From contig DULZ01000004.1 of assembly GCA_012840125.1 (NCBI GenBank), positions 29,036 through 93,035 of the forward strand: 64,000 nt of DNA, in the 5' to 3' direction. The stretch is from Clostridia bacterium. GTDB lineage: Bacteria; Bacillota; DULZ01. A program made the position numbers and the translations under genes. Of the stretch, positions 36,745 to 45,777 are shown piece by piece (the stretch's first letter is position 1; each line of letters starts with the position of its first letter). Under the pieces are notes generated by a model. It ran no database searches. It saw nothing but the letters and a program-made list of their open reading frames with translations, and was not told where the DNA came from.

Positions 36745-37683
36745 TTAATAGTTGGCTTGCACTTCCTCTTTACTGGCAATGAACTTAATGTAGTCCAGTA
36801 CGGATTTCTTCTTTTCCACAGGAAGTTCTTTCAACAGACTCGCTATTTCCAGTGTAATCGGGTCTGCCGGCACCTCCATTCTCCCCGGGAGACTCTTGTT
36901 GATGAGCTCCATGATATTGAGGGCTAATTCCTGCTGCCACTCCTCGGCTTCCTTAAACATTTCGATGCGATTCCGGTTTTTCTTCAGATTCACCCATTGT
37001 TCAATAGGTACAATATTCGGCGCATCGCTGTTAATCTCCTGTGGATTGGCAAGAAAATAATCAACGGACACACCCAAAGTATCTGCCAACTTCTCCAGGG
37101 TATTTAACGACGGCTGCACCTTGCCGGTCTCAATCTGCGCGATGAGACTATCGGAAATGCCTAACTGGGCAGCGAGTTTGACTTGTGTTAAGCCTTGTGC
37201 TTCCCGTAACTTTCTCACCCGTTCTCCCAGGCTGACCGGGCTATCGCCCTTTAAGAAATAAGATACGGGCTTTTCCAAGGCCTTGGCCAGTTTTTCTAAA
37301 GTTTTTAAGGACGGGCAAACATTACCTCGTTCGATCTCGCTGATATGAGTGTAAGAAATACCCGCTCTCTTGCTGCATTCCACCAGGGTGAGTCCCATTT
37401 CCTCCCTGACCTGCCTGATTTTCCGGCCGGCGGAGCTGGAGATGTATTCACCCGTTTCTCGCTCGATTTTTTCCCCTTTGGTATCGGCCAGGCTGATAAA
37501 CCTCGTATCGTCTACCTCCAACACCCTGGCCAGTTGTCTTAAGGTGTTGACTCCCAAGCATCTCCGCCCGTTTTCCACATCCTCCAAACAGCTGACGGGG
37601 ATATCCACTTCGGCAGCCAGAGCCGCCAAGGTCAATCCTTTTTTCTCCCTCAGTTTCCTGATTTCGCTACCCAGTCCAGACAC
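36745..37683 (-). CDS. XRE-family transcriptional regulator with three tandem HTH_XRE domains
   Basis: Three repeats of the ~55-aa XRE HTH (IRKLREKKGLTLAALAA..., RKIRQVREEMGLTLVECSKRAGIS..., VRKLREAQGLTQVKLAAQLGIS...) plus a C-terminal ~100-aa domain. GTG start at 37683 follows GGGGGA. Confidence 0.7.
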   Translation of the reverse strand: MSGLGSEIRKLREKKGLTLAALAAEVDIPVSCLEDVENGRRCLGVNTLRQLARVLEVDDTRFISLADTKGEKIERETGEYISSSAGRKIRQVREEMGLTLVECSKRAGISYTHISEIERGNVCPSLKTLEKLAKALEKPVSYFLKGDSPVSLGERVRKLREAQGLTQVKLAAQLGISDSLIAQIETGKVQPSLNTLEKLADTLGVSVDYFLANPQEINSDAPNIVPIEQWVNLKKNRNRIEMFKEAEEWQQELALNIMELINKSLPGRMEVPADPITLEIASLLKELPVEKKKSVLDYIKFIASKEEVQANY

Positions 37684-37783
37684 GATTATCCCCCCAAAAT
37701 AGCTTGCAGCGATGTAAAGTATTAATTTCACTTTTCTTTATTCTAACCAATACACCAGGATCTTGCAATAGAGAGTTCCGTTA

Positions 37784-38398
37784 TTACTTAACTTCTTTCG
37801 CCAATTTAATGAATTCTTTAATCTTGGCCGCATCTTTGCGCCCCCCAGTCTCTACCCCGCTGGAAACGTCCACTCCGTAAGGCCGTACTGTCATGATAGC
37901 TTGCTGCACATTACCGGCATTTAAACCACCGGCCAGGATCACCGGTTTTGGCGAGGGGATCTTTCTTAAGACATCCCAATTAAAAGCCTCCCCTGTACCA
38001 CCGTAGCATCCCGGCCGGTAAGTATCAAACAAGAAGGCATCGGCCCGGTAACGGGCCAAGTCCGAAAGTAAGATCCCCTCCCGGACGCGAAACCCTCTAA
38101 TCAGTTTATAACGGACGGGCACTGGATAATCCGGCGGCTCGTCGCCGCTTAATTGGATCGTGGTTAAACGGCAGAACTCGGCAATCTCTTCCACTTCCCG
38201 GGGCGGGGCGTTGACAAAAACACCCACTTTATCCACATAGGGCGGAAGCATTGCAATGATTTCTTTTGCTTTTTCTTTCGTGACCCGGCGGGAACTGGGG
38301 GCAAAAACAAATCCGACGGCATCGGCGCCTGCCTCCGCCGCCGCCAACGCCGCCTCCGGATCCGTGATGCCGCAGATCTTCACTTTCACTCCACTCAC
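37784..38398 (-). CDS. trpF: phosphoribosylanthranilate isomerase
   Basis: KICGIT...AGADAVGFVF... in a TIM barrel of TrpF type. Position is in the trp operon. Confidence 0.85.
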   Translation of the reverse strand: MSGVKVKICGITDPEAALAAAEAGADAVGFVFAPSSRRVTKEKAKEIIAMLPPYVDKVGVFVNAPPREVEEIAEFCRLTTIQLSGDEPPDYPVPVRYKLIRGFRVREGILLSDLARYRADAFLFDTYRPGCYGGTGEAFNWDVLRKIPSPKPVILAGGLNAGNVQQAIMTVRPYGVDVSSGVETGGRKDAAKIKEFIKLAKEVK

Positions 38399-39204
38399 AG
38401 GGACACCGCCTTTCTCAAAGCAGGGACACCCCTCAAGCTCAGGGCTTTCCCTTTCAGGTCAGCAGAGGCCATCAGGGCCTCTCCGACCAGCACCCCATTG
38501 ACGCCGGCGTCACTTAGCATCATCACGTGTTCCCGTTCCCAGATCCCGCTTTCGCTGACAACCACCACCCCCTGGTCCCTTAAAGCCGGGGCCAACCTCA
38601 GGGTGGCCTGCAGGTCCGTTTCAAAGGTGTCTAAATCGCGGTTATTAATGCCGATGATTTCCGCACCGCCCTCCAAAGCCGCGGCAATTTCCTCCTCGGT
38701 GCGGCATTCCACCAGCACCTGCAGCCCCAGCTGCCGGGACAGCTGGATATACTGTCTCAATTTGCCCGGCGGCACGATCTTGGCAATCAAGAGGACAGCA
38801 TCGGCCCCCAGGCACCTGGACTGGTAAATCTGGTAAGGGTCGATGATAAAGTCTTTTCGCAGGAGGGGCTGCTCCGTCATCCGGCGGGCGTCCCTCAGGT
38901 AATGCTCCGCCCCGCCGAAAAAGCGCCGGTCGGTCAAAACGGAAATGGCTTCCGTACCCGCTTCCCGGTAAGCGGTCACTACATCTTCCAAATCTAAATC
39001 CTCCCTGATCATCCCGCGGGACGGGGACTTGAATTTCACTTCCGCAATTAAAGCCACCCGGTCACCCTGCAGCGGGACTTTGAAATCCCTGGCGGGCGGC
39101 AAGGCGGCCACCCGGGCTTCCAGTTGGGCCGGCGGCTGCTGTTCCTTGGCTCTTTCCACTTCCCTTTTCTTGTAGGATAAAATGTCCGCCAGGATATGAT
39201 GCAT
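38395..39204 (-). CDS. trpC: indole-3-glycerol-phosphate synthase
   Basis: ALIAEVKFKSPS...RKDFIID...DAVLLIA...VLVE are TrpC motifs. Confidence 0.85.
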   Translation of the reverse strand: MHHILADILSYKKREVERAKEQQPPAQLEARVAALPPARDFKVPLQGDRVALIAEVKFKSPSRGMIREDLDLEDVVTAYREAGTEAISVLTDRRFFGGAEHYLRDARRMTEQPLLRKDFIIDPYQIYQSRCLGADAVLLIAKIVPPGKLRQYIQLSRQLGLQVLVECRTEEEIAAALEGGAEIIGINNRDLDTFETDLQATLRLAPALRDQGVVVVSESGIWEREHVMMLSDAGVNGVLVGEALMASADLKGKALSLRGVPALRKAVSL

Positions 39205-40307
39205 TACCCGCTCACCGCCTCTTTACCGCCGAGCTGACCGGTAAACCGGACCAGTTCCTCCAATTTGTCATAGGCATATCCTTCATCAATGCTCCGGGCC
39301 GCCAGGTCCAATCCCTCCGGTAGAGAACCGGCCAAATCCACCGCCATGAATCCCAACGCCGCATTAAGCAAGACCGCGTTTCTTCTCGGTCCCGGCTCCC
39401 CTCGCAGGATAGCCCGGATAATACTCGCGTTTTCCGCGGGCCCGCCGCCCGACAGGTCCGCCAGAGCGGCCGGTGCCATGCCGTATGCTTCAATATTCAA
39501 TGTATAGGTCCGCAGCCACCCGTTCCTGAGCTCACAGATTTTGGTCATCCCCAGGGGAGACACTTCATCCAAGCCGCCGGCACCGTGGACGACAAAGCCC
39601 CGCTGCACACCCAGCCGGTGTAGCACCCTTGCCACCGGTTCCACCAGCTCCGGGCTGTAGACGCCTATCACCTGGGCCGTCACCCCGGCCGGGTTGGTTA
39701 AGGGACCAAGCACATTAAAGACAGTCCGGAAACCCAGCTCGCGCCGGGGCCCCGCCACTCGTTTCATCCCCTGGTGCAGCACCGGGGCATAAAGAAAAGC
39801 TATGCCCACCCGGTCCAAGCAGGCGGACAACTCCGCCGGCCCCAAATCAACTTTAACACCTAAAGCCTCCAACACATCGGCGCTCCCGCAGCGGCTGGAC
39901 ACGGACCGGTTGCCGTGCTTCGCCACTTTCACGCCTCCCCCGGCCAGCACCAGTGCCGCCGCGGTGGAGATATTAAAGGTATTCGCCCCGTCACCGCCGG
40001 TCCCACAGGTATCCAACAGCAAGGGATGGATACTCTTAATGACCGGTGCCTTGCGCCGCATGACCAGGGCAAAGCCGGCAATTTCCTCCGGCGTTTCACC
40101 TTTTAATTTCAAGGCCGTGAGCATGGCACCCAGCTGGGCATCAGTCACCCGGCCGGCCATGATCTCTTCCATTAAGGCCGAGGCCTCGGTTTCCTCCAAG
40201 CTGCTCCCGGCCAATACCTTGCTCAACAAATCCCGAACCACTCCGCTCGCCTCCTCTATACTCGTCTCTGCTAAAGGGCTACCAGTGACAACCCCAAAGC
40301 CTGGCAT
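39204..40307 (-). CDS. trpD: anthranilate phosphoribosyltransferase
   Basis: DTCGTGGDGANTFNISTAAALVLAGGGVKVAKHGNRSVSS matches TrpD. Confidence 0.85.
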   Translation of the reverse strand: MPGFGVVTGSPLAETSIEEASGVVRDLLSKVLAGSSLEETEASALMEEIMAGRVTDAQLGAMLTALKLKGETPEEIAGFALVMRRKAPVIKSIHPLLLDTCGTGGDGANTFNISTAAALVLAGGGVKVAKHGNRSVSSRCGSADVLEALGVKVDLGPAELSACLDRVGIAFLYAPVLHQGMKRVAGPRRELGFRTVFNVLGPLTNPAGVTAQVIGVYSPELVEPVARVLHRLGVQRGFVVHGAGGLDEVSPLGMTKICELRNGWLRTYTLNIEAYGMAPAALADLSGGGPAENASIIRAILRGEPGPRRNAVLLNAALGFMAVDLAGSLPEGLDLAARSIDEGYAYDKLEELVRFTGQLGGKEAVSG

Positions 40308-41740
40308 AATGCCTCGGCTTTGGCTTTCACCTCCATGAATTCCAGCTCCGGCCTGGAATCCGCCACAATCCCGGCTCCCACCTGGACATAGACCCGGTTG
40401 TCCTTGATCACGGCCGTGCGAATGGCGATGCCTGTGTCCAGCACCTGGTTAAATCCTACATATCCGACTGCGCCGCCGTAAATCCCCCTGTCAGATGGTT
40501 CTAAATCTTCAATGATTTTAGCTGCTGCGTCGCGGGGCGTGCCCAGCACCGTGCCGGCGGGAAAACAAGCAGCCAGGGCCTCGATAGGAGCAACCCCGGG
40601 ACGCAGTCGTCCCGCAAGCTGCGACACCAGGTGAATCACATGGGAAAAATACTGGGGCTCCAAATACTTGGCAATGGTCAGGCTGTCCGGCTCGCATACC
40701 TTCCGGAGATCCCCCAGAGCATAGTCGATCAGCATCCGGTGTTCCGCGATTTCCTTTGGATCGGCCAACAGCTCTTGTACCAGGCGCAAATCCTCTGCAG
40801 CATCCGTCCCCCTGGGCCTGGTGCCGGCAATGGGGCAGGTAGTCACCTGTCCCTGCTCCACCCGGAGCAGCATTTCCGGGGAAGAACCGATGGCTTTAAT
40901 GCCGTTTTGACTCAGGTAGAACATGTAAGGGGACGGGTTAATGCTGCGCAGCCTGCGGTAAATCTCAAAATCATCCCCGGAAAAGCGGGCTTCATAGCGG
41001 CGGGACAAAACCACTTGATCCGCGTCACCCCTGCGAACGGCAGCAACGATGCGATCCACCTTCTCCATGAACTCCGCGTCAGTCATATTGGCTTGCAGTT
41101 CCTCATCCAGGACAAATTTGCCGGCAGGGTCCATGGGAGCGGCCAACCTAGCCATGACCTGTTCGCTTTTGGCTACCGCCTTTTGATAGGATCGCCCCGG
41201 GTCTTCCTTTTGCAAGTAACAATTGACCACCAGGGTCAATTGATGGGTCAGGTGATCATAAATGATCACCGTTTCAGGAAAAAACATTTGACAGTCGGGC
41301 AAATCAACGGTCTCTTTCCCGGGCGCCCGGTGAGGCACCCGGGGCACGGGAAACCCCGCTTCAAAAGCTAGATAGCCGACCGCCCCGCCGTAAAACCGGG
41401 CTAATCCTTCCACCGCGTGGAACCGGAAGCGGGCCAGTACCTGCCTGAGCACTTCCAGCGGGTGACCGTCGGCCCGTACCATCTCTCCGCCTGCATAAGA
41501 CAGGACGCCAATACCGTTAGTGGACACGAAGCTCATGACAGGGTCACAGGCGATGAAGGAATAGCGACCCAGGAACTGCCCATTTTCGGCACTTTCCAGC
41601 AGGCAGCCGGTCCGGTTGCCCACCAGCTTCCGAAAAATGGTAATGGGCGTCTCCGCATCCGCCAGCATCTTGACGTGAACCGGAACAATGTCAAAATGGC
41701 GGCTGAGAGACAAAAATTCCTGGAAGGAGGGATAGATCAT
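40271..41740 (-). CDS. trpE: anthranilate synthase component I
   Basis: Chorismate-binding enzyme with the TrpE pattern (LLESAENG..., ...GAVGYVGF...). RBS AAAGGGGGAG. Confidence 0.85.
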   Translation of the reverse strand: MIYPSFQEFLSLSRHFDIVPVHVKMLADAETPITIFRKLVGNRTGCLLESAENGQFLGRYSFIACDPVMSFVSTNGIGVLSYAGGEMVRADGHPLEVLRQVLARFRFHAVEGLARFYGGAVGYLAFEAGFPVPRVPHRAPGKETVDLPDCQMFFPETVIIYDHLTHQLTLVVNCYLQKEDPGRSYQKAVAKSEQVMARLAAPMDPAGKFVLDEELQANMTDAEFMEKVDRIVAAVRRGDADQVVLSRRYEARFSGDDFEIYRRLRSINPSPYMFYLSQNGIKAIGSSPEMLLRVEQGQVTTCPIAGTRPRGTDAAEDLRLVQELLADPKEIAEHRMLIDYALGDLRKVCEPDSLTIAKYLEPQYFSHVIHLVSQLAGRLRPGVAPIEALAACFPAGTVLGTPRDAAAKIIEDLEPSDRGIYGGAVGYVGFNQVLDTGIAIRTAVIKDNRVYVQVGAGIVADSRPELEFMEVKAKAEALCQALGLSLVAL

Positions 41741-41761
41741 GCTTTCTCCCCCCTTTCAACG

Positions 41762-41790
41762 AAAAAACGGCACTCAAATGAGTGCCGTCT
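41762..41790 (-). terminator. trp leader intrinsic terminator (attenuator)
   Basis: Minus strand GACGGCACUCA-uu-UGAGUGCCGU followed by UUUUUU, 20 nt before the trpE RBS. Confidence 0.65.
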
Positions 41791-41809
41791 ACCTTCGTGA
41801 CGACATACC

Positions 41810-41870
41810 TCACCTAAGCTCATCTCCATCTCTCCTCTTCTCTAAACTTGTCTCAGCTCAAACTCTATGG
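41810..41870 (-). promoter_or_regulatory. array of ~10 (G/U)AG triplet repeats in the trp leader: putative TRAP (MtrB) binding site
   Basis: Minus strand GAGuuuGAGcuGAGacaaguuUAGagaaGAGGAGagaugGAGauGAGcuUAGguGAGgu. Spacers are mostly 2-3 nt and the array ends ~20 nt before the terminator. Confidence 0.5.
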
Positions 41871-41949
41871 TCCGGTGGGCCGGGGGCTTCTTACAGCCGG
41901 TACATCTCCAGAGCCAAAGGTTTAGGCCCCGTCCACACTGTTATAGATA

Positions 41950-41978
41950 ATATTACAAGTCACGCCAATAAATGTCAA
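41950..41978 (-). promoter_or_regulatory. putative sigma-A promoter of the trp operon
   Basis: Minus strand TTGACA-17 nt-TAATAT, located just downstream of the carbamate kinase stop. Confidence 0.45.
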
Positions 41979-41993
41979 GCAAAAGATTTGTCT

Positions 41994-42926
41994 TTATTGC
42001 ACAATTCGTGTGCCTTTTTCTCCTTTGACCCCGGCTTCCAGGTGGCTGAGGGAAGTAATCACGGCTTCCCCGCCCGCTTCCACGAAGTTGATGGCCGCCT
42101 CCACTTTGGGACCCATGCTGCCCTTGCCGAACTGGCCGGCCGCCAGGTAGTTTTTGGCCTCAGCAACGGTTAACCGCTCTAAATTTTTTTGATCCGGTTT
42201 GCCGTAATTGATGGCCACATTGGTTACATCCGTGGCGATGACCAATACATCAGCCCCCAGCTCCCTGGCCAGCAGGCTGGAAGCCAAATCCTTGTCGATG
42301 ACGGCTTCCACCCCGGCCAGCCTATCATCGTCCTTGACAACGGGAATTCCCCCGCCGCCGGAAGCAATCACGATCACACCGTTGTCCACCAAAGTACGAA
42401 TAGTGCCAATTTCTACAATCTCTTTCGGTCTAGGCGAAGGAACCACTTTGCGCCAGCCGCGGCCGCTGTCCTCAATCCAGGTTTCCCCTTTTTCCTTCAT
42501 ATTCTTTTCCGCTTCCTCACGGCTGTAAAAGGGTCCCACCGGCTTGGTCGGGTTTTCAAAAGCCGGATCCTGCCGGTCTACCACCACTTGGGTGAGCACC
42601 GTCACTACCTGCTTGTCCAAGCCCGCTTTTTTCAGTTCATTGTAGACACACTGTTGAATCATGTAGCCAATCAGTCCCTGGCTTTCGGCACCGCAAACAT
42701 CCAAAGGCATGGCCGGGACCTGGTCTCTGGCCGCCGCGTTTTGCAGCAAGATGTTACCTACTTGGGGCCCGTTGCCGTGGGAGACCACCACCCTGTACCC
42801 TGCCTGGATCAGTTTGACAATTTGCTGGGCACTGTAGGACACATTGGCCATTTGTTCTTCAACGGTGCCTTTTTGTTTCGGCTGTAGAATAGCGTTTCCA
42901 CCCAAAGCAACAACAACAGTTTTCAT
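41994..42926 (-). CDS. arcC: carbamate kinase
   Basis: MKTVVVALGGNAIL...VVSHGNGPQVG...VIASGGGGIPV is an amino-acid-kinase-fold carbamate kinase signature. Confidence 0.8.
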   Translation of the reverse strand: MKTVVVALGGNAILQPKQKGTVEEQMANVSYSAQQIVKLIQAGYRVVVSHGNGPQVGNILLQNAAARDQVPAMPLDVCGAESQGLIGYMIQQCVYNELKKAGLDKQVVTVLTQVVVDRQDPAFENPTKPVGPFYSREEAEKNMKEKGETWIEDSGRGWRKVVPSPRPKEIVEIGTIRTLVDNGVIVIASGGGGIPVVKDDDRLAGVEAVIDKDLASSLLARELGADVLVIATDVTNVAINYGKPDQKNLERLTVAEAKNYLAAGQFGKGSMGPKVEAAINFVEAGGEAVITSLSHLEAGVKGEKGTRIVQ

Positions 42927-42975
42927 TTAGTTCCCCCCGTCCAAATTCTCCTGATTGCTTATTCCTTGTTTTGTC

Positions 42976-44340
42976 TTATGGCCAGGCTATTTCTCCTGCC
43001 TTGATAAATTTCCCCCAGCCGGGTTCGCCCACAAACCTGCCGTTTTGATACACCACCCTGCCGCGGGAAATCGTCATCACCGGATACCCTTTGACCTTTA
43101 ATCCATGAAAAGGTGTATACCCGGCTTTGGAATGAAGGTGCTCACCGGTTAACAGTTGGTCCCGGTTCGGGTCCACCAGCACCACATCTGCATCGCTGCC
43201 TGCCCGGATCACTCCTTTTTGGGGATAGAGACCGAACAGTTTAGCCGGATTGGTGGACAAGTAAGCCGCCAACTGGGCCAGGGTCAACCTACCCTTTTGA
43301 TAACCTTCGCTGAACACAAGCGGCAAGAGAGTCTCTGAACCGGGAATCCCGGGCAGCGTCGTAAAACATGTATCTGCTTCTTTTTGTTTTAGAGTATAAG
43401 CACAGTGATCCGTGGCCACCACCTGCAGGCTTTCACCCGCCAGGGCCTGCCACAGCATTTCGTTATCCCGGCCGGTGCGAAGCGGCGGTGTCATGATATA
43501 TTGCTGCGGGAAATCCCGCTGAAAACAGCTGTCATCCAGCACCAAATAATGGGGACAGGTCTCGCCGTAAACCTTCACCCCCCGGGCTCTGGCGGCTGCA
43601 ATGACGGCGGCCCCTTCGCCCGTCGACACGTGGACGATGTATACCGGCACGCCTCGTTTTTCCGCTAAGGCAATCACGTCTGCCACAGCTTTGACCTCAG
43701 CGGCGCCGGGCCTGCTTTTGCCATGGTAGGCGGGAGCGGTCAAGCCCTGCTCTTTTAACTTTTCCCCTACCGCCCGCACATGATCATCGTCTTCCGCATG
43801 CACCGTCACCAGCAAGCCCTGTGCATGAGCATCCACCAGGAGGTTCTCAAGGTGATGGTAAGGAATGCGGGAAGCTTCATAAGTGGTGAACACTTTGAGA
43901 CTGCTGATGCCCTCTTGGCGTAAGTTCTCCAGCTCTGCTTGCGACCAGGGGCGCTCCCCGTAAAGGCACATATGGAAATGATAATCGATGCAAGCCTTGC
44001 CGGCGGCTTCCGCCCGGCGCGCCCGCAGCCCTTCCGCCAGCGGCTTACCTTCAATGGGGTCCGCATAGTCAATGAAAGTGGTTACCCCGCCGCAGGCCGC
44101 CGCTAAGCTGCCGCTGGTAAAATCATCGATGGTTAATGCTCCTCTGGTCAACAAACTGTAATGGGTGTGAGCGTCGATGACCCCGGGCAGGACCACCATC
44201 CCCGAGGCATCGATCACTTCGGCCCCGGCGGCCGTCAATCCCCGGCCGACGGCGGCGATTCTCTCACCCTCAACCAAAATGTCCGCCTGCACTACACCTT
44301 CCTCGGTAACTACCGTACCGTTTTTAATGATCAAGGCCAT
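42976..44340 (-). CDS. cyclic amidohydrolase of the dihydropyrimidinase/D-hydantoinase family
   Basis: IIKNGTVV...LPGVIDAHTH..., with an internal carboxylated-Lys region and HxH metal site typical of hydantoinase, dihydropyrimidinase or allantoinase. Confidence 0.7.
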   Translation of the reverse strand: MALIIKNGTVVTEEGVVQADILVEGERIAAVGRGLTAAGAEVIDASGMVVLPGVIDAHTHYSLLTRGALTIDDFTSGSLAAACGGVTTFIDYADPIEGKPLAEGLRARRAEAAGKACIDYHFHMCLYGERPWSQAELENLRQEGISSLKVFTTYEASRIPYHHLENLLVDAHAQGLLVTVHAEDDDHVRAVGEKLKEQGLTAPAYHGKSRPGAAEVKAVADVIALAEKRGVPVYIVHVSTGEGAAVIAAARARGVKVYGETCPHYLVLDDSCFQRDFPQQYIMTPPLRTGRDNEMLWQALAGESLQVVATDHCAYTLKQKEADTCFTTLPGIPGSETLLPLVFSEGYQKGRLTLAQLAAYLSTNPAKLFGLYPQKGVIRAGSDADVVLVDPNRDQLLTGEHLHSKAGYTPFHGLKVKGYPVMTISRGRVVYQNGRFVGEPGWGKFIKAGEIAWP

Positions 44341-44359
44341 GGCGAACTCCCCTAACTTT

Positions 44360-45622
44360 CTATTGTTTCATATAATCAAAAAAGCCCTCTTTTTGCTCCA
44401 GCGCAGCCAGCAGTTCATCCATGTCAGGATGGACTTTAATCGGTTCACCGGCAGCCTTAATGGCGTTGTTGACATCCTTTAAGCCGTTACCGGTGACGGC
44501 GCAGACCACCGTCTCGTTTTTCTTGATAATCCCCTGGGCTACGGCTTTTTTCAGGCCGGCCAGCCCTGCCACCCCAGCCGGTTCACCGAAAATACCGGAG
44601 GTGCGACCCAGCAAGCGCATGGCAGACAGGATTTCCTCGTCGGATACGTTAATATAGGTGCCGTGGGAGTCTCTTACGGCCCGCAGGGCTTTTTCCGGGT
44701 TTCTGGGCATCCCTACGGCGATGCTGTCGGCCAGGGTATTCTCATCCGTGGGCTCCAGTTTACTGCCGGAGAAGAAAGCCTTGGTAATCGGAGCGCAGCC
44801 TTCCGCCTGCACGCCGAGCACCTTGGGCAAGCGGTCAATCATGCCGGTATGATACAGGTCCAGGAAACCTTTCCAGGCCCCCCCGATGGTGCAGCCGTCC
44901 CCCACGGAGAAGACCACCCAATCAGGCACTTCCCAGTTCAACTGCTCGCAGATTTCCAAAGTCACCGTCTTTTTCCCCTCAATCAAATAAGGGTTAATGG
45001 CGGCATTGCGGTTGTACCAACCGAACTTTTTGATCGCTTCCGCCGACAGCTTAAATGCATCCCGGTAATCTCCCTGAACGCTGATCACCGTGGCGCCAAA
45101 AATTAAGAGCTGGGCAATCTTCCCTTGGGGCGCCCTTTGCGGCACGAAAATACAGGTTTTCATGCCCACGCTGGCCGCATTGCCGGCCAAAGAAGAAGCC
45201 GCATTCCCGGTGGAAGAACAGGCAATCAGTTTGGCACCTTCCTCCATCGCTTTCACCACCGCAATGGCCGAAGCCCTGTCCTTCAAAGAGGCAGTGGGGT
45301 TCTGCCCATCGTCTTTCATATACAGTTTTTCCAAGCCAATAGCGTCTGCCAGCACCTTAGTCTCATACAGGGGCGTCCAACCTACCCGCAAACGAGGCCT
45401 GGGGCTGTCAGGTTGGATGGGGAGATAATCGCTGTATCTCCAGATGGTGAAATTACGGTTTTCCTTAAACATTTCCTTGGAAACCCGGCTCTTAATATAA
45501 TCGTAATCATACTTTACATCTAAAATCCCGTCCGCACCGCAGTCAGGACAAGTGTAAACACCGGGCGCAGCAGGATAGGTCTTACCGCAGTTGATGCACT
45601 CCAAGTGTTTGACGTTGCGCAT
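44360..45622 (-). CDS. threonine synthase-like PLP enzyme (fold type II) with N-terminal Cys4 zinc ribbon
   Basis: N-terminal CINCGKTY...CPDCG ribbon as in archaeal/Thermotoga-type ThrC. PLP lysine region SLKDRAS. G-rich loop GDGCTIGG. Confidence 0.65.
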   Translation of the reverse strand: MRNVKHLECINCGKTYPAAPGVYTCPDCGADGILDVKYDYDYIKSRVSKEMFKENRNFTIWRYSDYLPIQPDSPRPRLRVGWTPLYETKVLADAIGLEKLYMKDDGQNPTASLKDRASAIAVVKAMEEGAKLIACSSTGNAASSLAGNAASVGMKTCIFVPQRAPQGKIAQLLIFGATVISVQGDYRDAFKLSAEAIKKFGWYNRNAAINPYLIEGKKTVTLEICEQLNWEVPDWVVFSVGDGCTIGGAWKGFLDLYHTGMIDRLPKVLGVQAEGCAPITKAFFSGSKLEPTDENTLADSIAVGMPRNPEKALRAVRDSHGTYINVSDEEILSAMRLLGRTSGIFGEPAGVAGLAGLKKAVAQGIIKKNETVVCAVTGNGLKDVNNAIKAAGEPIKVHPDMDELLAALEQKEGFFDYMKQ

Positions 45623-45730
45623 CGAAAAACCCCCTTGGTAGATTTATCTATGATTAATATTATGCTTACAAATTAAATATATCTTAATAACAGGGCCGGC
45701 GCAATAGCATTTTTCTCCTGACACCGGCAA

Positions 45731-45770
45731 GAAAAGAAAGGCACTCTTACCCACTTGGGTTCGAGTGCCT
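45731..45770 (-). terminator. rho-independent terminator downstream of glyA
   Basis: Minus strand AGGCACUC-gaacccaagugggu-aaGAGUGCCU followed by UUCUUUUCUU. Confidence 0.5.
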
Positions 45771-45777
45771 CGTTCTC

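Noticed and set aside
41741-41990. T-box riboswitch hypothesis for the trp leader
   Set aside because: No match to the conserved T-box 14-mer (AGGGUGGNACCGCG) and no specifier-loop context. The regular (G/U)AG triplet array fits TRAP binding much better.
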